Below, one piece after another: positions 56,128 to 64,000 of a stretch of 64,000 nt of DNA. Numbering within the stretch: position 1 is the stretch's first letter; every line of letters begins with the position of its first letter. This stretch comes from Macrostomum hystrix (Eukaryota; Animalia; Platyhelminthes). The position numbers and the translations under genes are program-made. The notes under the pieces were generated by a model that saw only the letters and a list, made by a program, of their open reading frames with translations, was not told the origin of the DNA and made no database searches. Location: NCBI GenBank assembly GCA_950097015.1, contig CATNEN010000031.1, positions 868,001 to 932,000 of the forward strand, read 5' to 3'.

Positions 56128-58755
56128 ATGGCGTCAGCACCCTCAGCCAATCACGATCGATCCTCGGCCGGCCATTCTTCAACAGCCAATCAGGCTTTGG
56201 CGCCGATTCGGGCCCTGGCCAATAAGGGCGAAAATTCCAGATGCGCCGAGTGTGGCGCCAGGCCCACCACCGTGGTCGGCCTGGACACTGGCGGCACCTT
56301 CGCCTGCTCTGAGTGCGCCGCCGTTTATAGGTAAATGCACTTTAGCACTGAAAATTTATCCCATCTCAATGATTTCTCCCATCACAACGAGTTATCCCAT
56401 TACAACCAACGATTTATCCCACCATAACCATTTATCCCATCACAATGATTTATCCCACCTCGACGATTTATCCCATCACAACAACTATCCCCACCACAAC
56501 GATTTATCCCATCACAACGAGTTGCGATTAATCCAAATGGAAGAACTAATCCGTAAATAAATATTCCCACCAGTAGAATACTGTATCCCATTATAATAAT
56601 CTATCCCAGAATCAAATCCTCACCTGTATCCCATCAGAATGAAATCTTCACCTGTGTCCCATCCAAATCAAACCCTCACCTGTATCCCATCAGAATGTAA
56701 TCCTCACCAGTATCCCATTAGAATCAAATCCTCACCTGTATCCCATCAGAATCAAATCCTCACCTGTTATCCCATCAGAATCAAATCCTCACCTGTATCC
56801 CATCAGAATGTAATCCTCACCAGTATCCCATCAGAATCAAATCCTCACCCGTATTCCATCAGAATCAAATCCTCACCTGTATCCCATCAGAATAAAATCC
56901 TCACCCGTATTCCATCAGAATCAAATCCTCTCACTGTATCCCATCCGAATGCAATCCTCACCAGTATCCCATCAGAATCAAATCCTCACCTGTATCCCAT
57001 CCGAATGTAATCCTCACCAGTATCCCATCAGAATCAAATCCTCACCCGTATCGCATTTAAACCGCATGAAATCCCATTGTCGCCACCCAGAAGCTTGGGA
57101 TTCCGCACGAAGTCGGTAGATCGGGACAGCTGGCATCCGTCGGAGCTGACCAGCCTGCTGGGCAATCTGGCCGTAGCCCAGGAGCTGGAGCGCAACCTGC
57201 CGGCATTCTATCGGCGGCCAAAGCCGAGCGCCATGGGCGAAGCCGAAGCCATCAGGCACCAGTTTGTGCTGGCCAAGTACAGGCGGCGAGAGTTCTGCGA
57301 CCCGGCCCTACAGGCCGCCTATCACAGGATGGGCGGCGGCGGCGGCTTCACTAAGGAGGGCCTGCTATTCAAACGGCTGAAAGACTCGGACAAATACCTG
57401 CCCAGACTGTTTGAGCTGTCTGAGAAGGACAACTATTTGAGGTATTTTGTGAAGGACGGCAGCGGAAGAGAGGTCAAAGCTACTATACCGATTGATCGGG
57501 TGAGACAATGTTTATTCTCTTGGGAAGAATGTGACAGCCTTTGTTAATCCCATTGGGAAGAATGTGAGCCATTGTTAATCCCATTGGGAAGAATGTGACA
57601 GCCATTGTTAATCCCATTGGGAAGAATGTGACAGCCATTGTTAACCCCATTGGGAAGAATGTGACAGCCATTGTTAATCCCATTGGGAAGAATGTGAGCC
57701 ATTGTTAATCCCATTGGGAAGAATGTGACAGCCATTGTTAACCCCATTGGGAAGAATGTGACAGCCATTGTTAATCCCATTGGGAAGAATGTGAGCCATT
57801 GTTAATCCCATTGGGAAGAATGTGACAGCCATTGTTACTCGTAATCCCATTGGGAAGAATGGGACAGCCATTGTTTATCCTATTTTGAAGAATGTGACAG
57901 CCTTTGTTTATCCCTTTGGGAAGAATGTGACAGCCATTGTTAATCCCATTGGGAAGAATGTGACAGCCATTGTTAATCCCATTGGGAAGAATGTGACAGC
58001 CATTGTTTATCCAATTGGGAAGAATGTGACAGCCATTGTTAATCCCATTGGGAAGAATGTTTATCCCTTTGTTTATCCCTTTAGGAAGAATGTGACAGCC
58101 TTTGTTTATTCCTTAATGATGAAAGTCACAGCCATTGTTTTCCTTCCCCTCGTTGCCTCCCCAGCTGAATGCCACAATGCTAGGCATGGTGGTTGAGGGC
58201 AGCCACTCCAACCTGATGCAGATCCTGTACCCGGATCAAGGCCGGACTCGAAGCCTGTACGTGTATCATGAATACGAGCAGGAGATTATCAGCTGGTACA
58301 ATGCTATTCGCGGCTGCAAGTACTATCGCTATCGGGTGTCCCTACTATCGCCTGAGGAGCTGCTAAGGCTGCCTTTGACCTACGATTTCGCCGTCTGCGG
58401 TTGGCTATCCAAGACTGGGCCGAATCAGACCGAAGCCTGGCAGCGGCGCTGGTGCTTCCTGCTGCGCAGATCTTTGTTCTACTGTTCCGGCTTTATGGAG
58501 CCCAGGCCGCGCGGCGAAATCTGGCTTGGCCAAAGGCCCGGCTACAGCGTACAGCTGGGGCCGCCCAGCGGCTTTCGTAAGAAGATTAAACAGGCCGGCC
58601 AGTACCTGTTCACCCTGCGCACTCCGGACAGGGACTATGTGTTCGCCGCTGAAACTGCCGGCTCCTGCCAGCACTGGATTATAGCTGTTGAAGCTCTTCT
58701 GGATACTCAGCCGACTCCCCAGGACTGCCTGTACTCCATGACCCGTACCGCCTAA
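56128..58755 (+). CDS. ADAP1: ArfGAP with dual PH domains (centaurin-alpha, ADAP1/2 ortholog), 400 aa; exons 56128-56330, 57091-57499, 58165-58755
   Basis: Zinc finger CAEC-x17-CSECAAVY-R, then KSVDRDSW...GN...LPAFYRRP...AKYRRREF; PH1 KEGLLFKR...YF and LYVYHE...WYNAIR; PH2 GWLSKTGPNQTEAWQRRW...RGEIWLG...TPDRDYVFAAET...W. GT-AG introns of phase 2 and 0. Confidence 0.93.
56370..57055. repeat. ADAP1 intron 1 arrays: 18-bp GATTTATCCCATCACAAC and 28-bp ATCCCATCAGAATCAAATCCTCACCTGT
   Basis: Read directly. Confidence 0.9.
57500..58135. repeat. 31/33-bp minisatellite (CCCATTGGGAAGAATGTGACAGCCATTGTTAAT) filling ADAP1 intron 2
   Basis: Read directly. Confidence 0.93.
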
Positions 58756-59027
58756 CTGCAGTCTGTACACTGAGGAACTGGGATAACTGCAGTCTGTACA
58801 CTGAGGAACTGGGATAACTGCAGTCTGTACACTGAGGAGCTGGGATAACTGCAGTCTGTACACTGAGGAACTGGGATAACTGCAGTCTGTACACTGAGGA
58901 ACTGGGATAACTGCAGTCTGTACACTGAGGAACTGGGATGACTGCAGTCTGTACACTGAGGAACTGGGATAACTGCAGTCTGTACACTGTGGAACTGGGA
59001 TAACTGCAGTCTGTACACTGAGGAACT
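58756..59027. repeat. 31-bp minisatellite (CTGCAGTCTGTACACTGAGGAACTGGGATAA), about 9 copies, starting right after the ADAP1 stop
   Basis: Read directly. Confidence 0.95.
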
Positions 59028-60277
59028 GCTAGGAATGTGGGATAACTTCCCTTTTCACTGTTCAAAACATTTTTAACACGCTACTTACAGTAGTGTACAG
59101 TAGTGAATCATTTTCGCAAAAAAATTTTCAGCCTTGCAATAAGGCCTGCCCGCTTTTCACAGGTTTTCTCTAATCCGTCGCTCAAATCATTCAGTTTATT
59201 GTTTTCCAAAGATTGATTTGCCAATAAATAATAGACATATCTAATCGTTGCTTCTGCTGCTGCTGTTGCTAATCAGAACGCTTGTTATCATTTATTAAAC
59301 AATGAGCACTTACCCTAGTCTGGGAACTTTGAGTTCTACCTAGCCCTATTAGCTGTTGTGTTATGCTCTAGAAATGCTTGTGCCATATTAGCGTTCTTGA
59401 TGTTATATCCATAAAGTGCAATATTTACTTTTCAATATCCCAAAGTTCTCAATGTTGCTAAGCAGACAGTTCTAACAAATTCGGCGCGAATTTAAATGTA
59501 TTCAGATTCCGCGAAACAAGTTACGGACAAAAACGATTTTTTATTCTAGTTTTTTTAAAACAGATAGTGATCTCGTCGTTCTTCTACCTGCTAATTATCG
59601 ATGCTCAATTTTGAGTCTGTCAAGAGATTTCTACAGAAATTTATAGATATATATTTGTTTGCGCTATTTACAGCTTGCGGATATAGTTATAAAAATGAAT
59701 ATTTTCTTACTTTGCTTTTTCTCAAAGATGCAATTTAATCCAGATGCTCAGATAAGTTATTCTACAGTATTATTTAGTTTATCCTTGAACTACATATCAG
59801 CATATTTATTTTTTTAAATCATGTACGACGCATACTATTCAACTCTCAGATGTCAGTAGTTTACATGAGTATGTATATATGGGCTAGAAATTCCCAAAAA
59901 TCACTTTTTTTCCTAGCCGACAACAATGGAACTAAAATCTGCAATAAACTAATTTTTGCTTCAGGGATAATCTCACTAATAAAAAATGATCATTTTTGTA
60001 AGGCCATATGCAATCTTTGTTTAGCCAGTATTAGTAGCATTTCGGTATGGCTTTTTGCGAATCACAGAATTCACTTCTCGCTGCTGTTTTTATAGAAACA
60101 TTTTTTTGTACTTTTTGTAATTGTAATTGTAATTGTCATCTATATATAATAAACATGGCCCCCCTTTTCAGAACTGCGAATCAGAAATAGCATGAAGCTG
60201 ATTCAACTGATATTGATAAAGCCTTTTATAAACCTGTCTAGCTTTATTTTTGAAGAATATTATGCGACTGATACTCA

Positions 60278-61062
60278 ATACTCACTCATTCACACCCTAC
60301 TCACTCATTCACACCCTACTCACTCATTCACACCCTACTCACTCATTCACACCCTACTCACTCATTCACACCCTACTCACTCATTCACACCCTACTCACT
60401 CATTCACACCCTACTTACTCATTCACACCCTACTCACTCATTCACACCCTACTCACTCATTCACACCCTACTCACTCATTCACACCCTACTCACTCATTC
60501 ACACCCTACTTACTCATTCACACCCTACTCACTCATTCACACCCCTACTCACTCATTCACACCCCTACTCACTCATTCACACCCTACTTACTCATTCACA
60601 CCCCTACTCACTTATTCACACCCCTACTCACTCATTCACACCCCTACTCACTCATTCACACCCCTACTCACTCATTCACACCCCTACTCACTCATTCACA
60701 CCCCTACTCACTCATTCACACCCCTACTCACTCATTCACACCCCTACTCACTCATTCCCCCTACTCACTCATTCACACCCCTACTCACTCATTCACACCC
60801 CTACTCACTCATTCACACCCCTACTCACTCATTCACACCCCTACTCACTCATTCACACTCTCAGTATTTCACGCCCTCAATAGACTACCTGAGGCGTGGC
60901 CCTCACATTCACAGCTTTACTCATGCATTCACAGCTCTACTCATTTATTCACAGCTCTACTCACGAATTCACAGCTGTACTCACGCATTCACGGCTCTAT
61001 TCACGCATTCACGGCTCTACTTACGCATTCACAGCTCTACTCACGCATTCACGGCTCTACTT
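60278..61062. repeat. 19/20-bp minisatellite (CACTCATTCACACCCTACT, changing to CACGCATTCACAGCTCTACT)
   Basis: Read directly. Confidence 0.93.
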
Positions 61063-61289
61063 CCAATGCTTATATTCTTGATTTAAAAGTTTAGCAACCG
61101 TATTTTTCATCGAGAGCAGGAAAAACTGACTTAAAATTGGCATTTTCAGTAATACTTACAGTAATCCTGTTTTAAATGCCGCTACCCTCTTCAGCTAGTC
61201 TTGCTTGGTCTCATCCCACCTAAACCGCTTGGCTTTTAATGAGCTCTTCGCTGGCACAATTTCAGCAGGATTAGGAAACAACTTTCATC

Positions 61290-63760
61290 ATGAGGTTAGT
61301 TAACGATAATGGAAAGTTAAGCGCAGTTTTTGTTACTTTTTAAAAAATTGTTGAATTATTGGCCTCACCCTTTCCTCACCCTCCACATTATTTGACCTCA
61401 CCCTCCCTCTCATTGGCCCCACCCTTCCCTCACCCTCAACTTCATTGGCCTCACCCGCCTTCACCCTCCCCTCATTGGCCTCACCCACCTCGTTGGCCTC
61501 ACCCATCCCCTCATTGGCCTCACCCACCTCCTCATTGGCCTCACCCACCTCGTTGGCCTCACCCATCCCCTCATTGGCCTCAACCGCATTCACCCTCCCC
61601 TCATTGGCCTCACCCACCTCTTCATTGGCCTCACCCACCTCTTCATTGGCCTCACCCACCTCGTTAGCCTCACCCATCCCCTCATTGGCCTCACCCACCT
61701 CCTCATTGGCCTCACCCTTCCCTTATTGGCCTCACCCGCCTCCTCATTGGCCTCACCCACCTCCTCATTGGCCTCACCCACCTCCTCATTGGCCTCACCC
61801 ACCTTCTCATTGGCCTCACCCACCTCCTCATTGGCCACACCCACCTTCTCATTGGCCTCACCCTTCCCTCATTGGCCTCACCCACCTCCTCATTGGCCTC
61901 ACCCTTCCCTTATTGGCCTCACCCACCTCCTCATTGGCCTCACCCACCTCCTCATTGGCCTCACCCCAGCGTGCAGCTGGCCCATTCAGTCGTTACTAAT
62001 CCCCGCCTGGCCACGGGTTCGCCACCGCTGCTAATTCTGCACGGCCTGTTCGGCATGGCCCGCAACTGGCGATCCATAGCCAAGACCCTGGCCAGGCAGC
62101 ACTCGCCCATTGTGTGCGCCGATCTGAGAAATCACGGCGACAGTCCGCATCACAGCGACATGAGCATGTCAGCCATGGCCGACGATGTTAAACTGCTCAT
62201 TGAGAGCAAACTGGATGGCCGGCCAGTGCATCTCATGGGCCACAGTCTTGGCGGTAAGGTGGCCATGATAACGGCCCTTCAGCATGTGAGTATGGCTGCT
62301 TGATCTTCATTTCGAATCACTATCACGAATCTCATTGAGATTATCCAGGTAGATCTTGGCCAATCTCATTGAGATTATCCAGGTAGATCTTGGCAAATCT
62401 CATTGAGATTATCCAGCTAGATCTTGACGAATCTCATTGAGATTATCCAGGTGGATGTTGGCGAATCTTAATGAGATTTTCTAGGCTAGATGTATCTCAT
62501 TGAGATTATCCATGTAAATGTAGGCGAATCTCATTGAGATTATCCAACTAGATATTGACGAATCTCATAGAGATTATCCAGGTGGATCTTGGCAATTCTC
62601 ATTGAGATTTTCATACCGCTTTTCGACCCAACCTCGAACGCCCAGTCGCACCTGGTTCATTCACTCATCGCCGTGGACGTGTCGCCGCAGCCCAGCGGTT
62701 CGCCCCCGGGCTGGTTCAGGCGCATCATGGAGCTGCTGCTCAGCCTGGACCTCAGCAGGCCGCCGGCCTCATCTCTGGCTGCCACTAAGAAGGCCTACTC
62801 ACAGTTTCTGAGCGCTGAGGTGCCGGTGAGTCTGCTGGCCTCTATTTGTATTCTGCGAACTGCTGGTTCCGCTGTTGGCTGGTTTCACTCGCTCATCAGT
62901 GATGAAACTGATGAGACTGGGAGAGATTAGACATTGGAGAAATTAGACATGGGATAGATTAGACATGGGAGAGATTAGACATGGGAGAGATAAGACATGG
63001 GTGAGATTAGACATGGGAGAGATTAGACATGGGTGAGATTAGACATGGGAGAGATTAGACATGGGTGAGATTAGACATGGGTGAGATTAGACATGGGTGA
63101 GATTAGACATGGGTGAGATTAGACATGGGTGAGATTAGACATTGGAGAGATTAGACATGGGAGAGATTAGACATGGGAGAGATTGGACATGGGTGAGTTT
63201 GACATTAGAGAGATAAGAAATGGGACAGGTTAGACACGGGAGAGATAAAAACATGTATTAATAACAGGAAAGATTAGAAATAAGAGAGATTAAGCAATCA
63301 AATTTAAAATATAAATTAGATGAGACAGTGAAGATATTTGCCAGCGGAGAGATTAGACATGGAAGATATTAGATATAGTGTATGAATGATTAGACAGGAG
63401 ATATGTGATAGGAGAATCAAGACTCGGGAATGATGAATGTTAAGCTCTACAGATATATTGTCTACATGTTTACCGCAAAAAGCTCTACTCGCTACTGCCC
63501 AGTAGTTAAACTTGACCAGAACAATTTCAACTAGCAGTTCTAAATCTCTTGCCTGTTGATAAGGAGAAACCCATTCGCGAATTTCTGCTCACCAATCTGA
63601 CTGAGGAGCCGGACAGGCCGGGCAAATTCAGATGGCGCATCAACCTGCCAGCCCTGCTAACCCACATTGACGAGATGGTTAATTGCGAACTGAACAGCTG
63701 CAGCCTGACCTACAGCGGGCCCACCATCTTTATTGGCGGATCTAAGTCTCCCTACATCAA
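61290..63760 (+). CDS. ABHD11: Alpha/beta hydrolase ABHD11 (YbfF-like), 3'-partial; exons 61290-61294 (putative), 61970-62285, 62646-62825, 63564-63760, remainder beyond the window
   Basis: PLLILHGLFGMARNWRSIAK...DLRNHGDSPH...GHSLGGK (GxSxG nucleophile)...LIAVDVSP...IREFLLTNL...FRWRINL...YSGPTIFIGG, colinear with human ABHD11. GT-AG junctions keep the frame. The 5-nt first coding exon ATGAG|gttagt is inferred from phase only. Confidence 0.92.
61365..61969. repeat. 21-bp minisatellite (CCTCATTGGCCTCACCCACCT) in ABHD11 intron 1, running into the acceptor
   Basis: Read directly. Confidence 0.93.
62328..62612. repeat. 34-bp minisatellite (AATCTCATTGAGATTATCCAGGTAGATCTTGGCG), about 9 copies, ABHD11 intron 2
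   Basis: Read directly. Confidence 0.9.
62915..63420. repeat. 16-bp minisatellite (GAGATTAGACATGGG[T/A]) in ABHD11 intron 3
   Basis: Read directly; degenerates toward the 3' end. Confidence 0.9.
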
Positions 63761-63810
63761 GTGAGGGAACAATCTTGTCACATCATACTGCCAACCACCT
63801 ACCTCAAAAG

Positions 63811-64000
63811 ACTGTGATCTTACCGCCAATCAGCCCGCAGGACGCCACGATTACTCATCCTGTCCCCCACCCACCCCAAAACACTGTGATCTTACCGCAA
63901 ATCAGCCCGCAGGACGCCACGATTACTCATCCTGTCCCCCACCCACCCCAAAGCACTGTGATCTTACCGCCAATCAGCCCGCAGGACGCCACGATTACTC
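63811..64000. repeat. 72-bp tandem repeat (ACTGTGATCTTACCGCCAATCAGCCCGCAGGACGCCACGATTACTCATCC...) in ABHD11 intron 4, truncated by the window end
   Basis: Units start at 63811, 63883 and 63955. Confidence 0.9.

Overview
Eukaryotic, intron-rich animal genomic DNA. No prokaryotic features are present. The GC-rich poly-Ala/Gln exons and minisatellite-filled introns resemble the flatworm Macrostomum lignano; that assignment is inference only. Six spliced protein-coding genes were reconstructed by hand from GT-AG sites and frame continuity: Fezf zinc finger (+, 5' part outside the window); an SHB-family SH2 adaptor (-); then four co-oriented + strand genes, namely an unrecognised 468-aa protein, PRDX5, ADAP1/centaurin-alpha and ABHD11 (3' end outside the window). 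About a third of the window is tandem repeat. 13 of the 14 introns carry their own minisatellite, and a 6.6-kb 45-bp satellite lies directly upstream of PRDX5. Mobile elements: an internally deleted Tc1/mariner element with a transposase HTH remnant, two MITE-like inverted-repeat elements, a SINE-like fragment and a hairpin element. Most interesting observations: (i) arrays that begin or end in register with splice donors, acceptors or the stop codon, and neighbouring arrays that share short motifs across exons; (ii) a candidate trans-spliced/polycistronic cluster with an overlapping branch point, AATAAA and acceptor between PRDX5 and ADAP1; (iii) an AP-1-site satellite in front of a peroxiredoxin whose resolving Cys is displaced; (iv) the orphan 4-exon gene. 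All very long ORFs in the supplied track are repeat artefacts.
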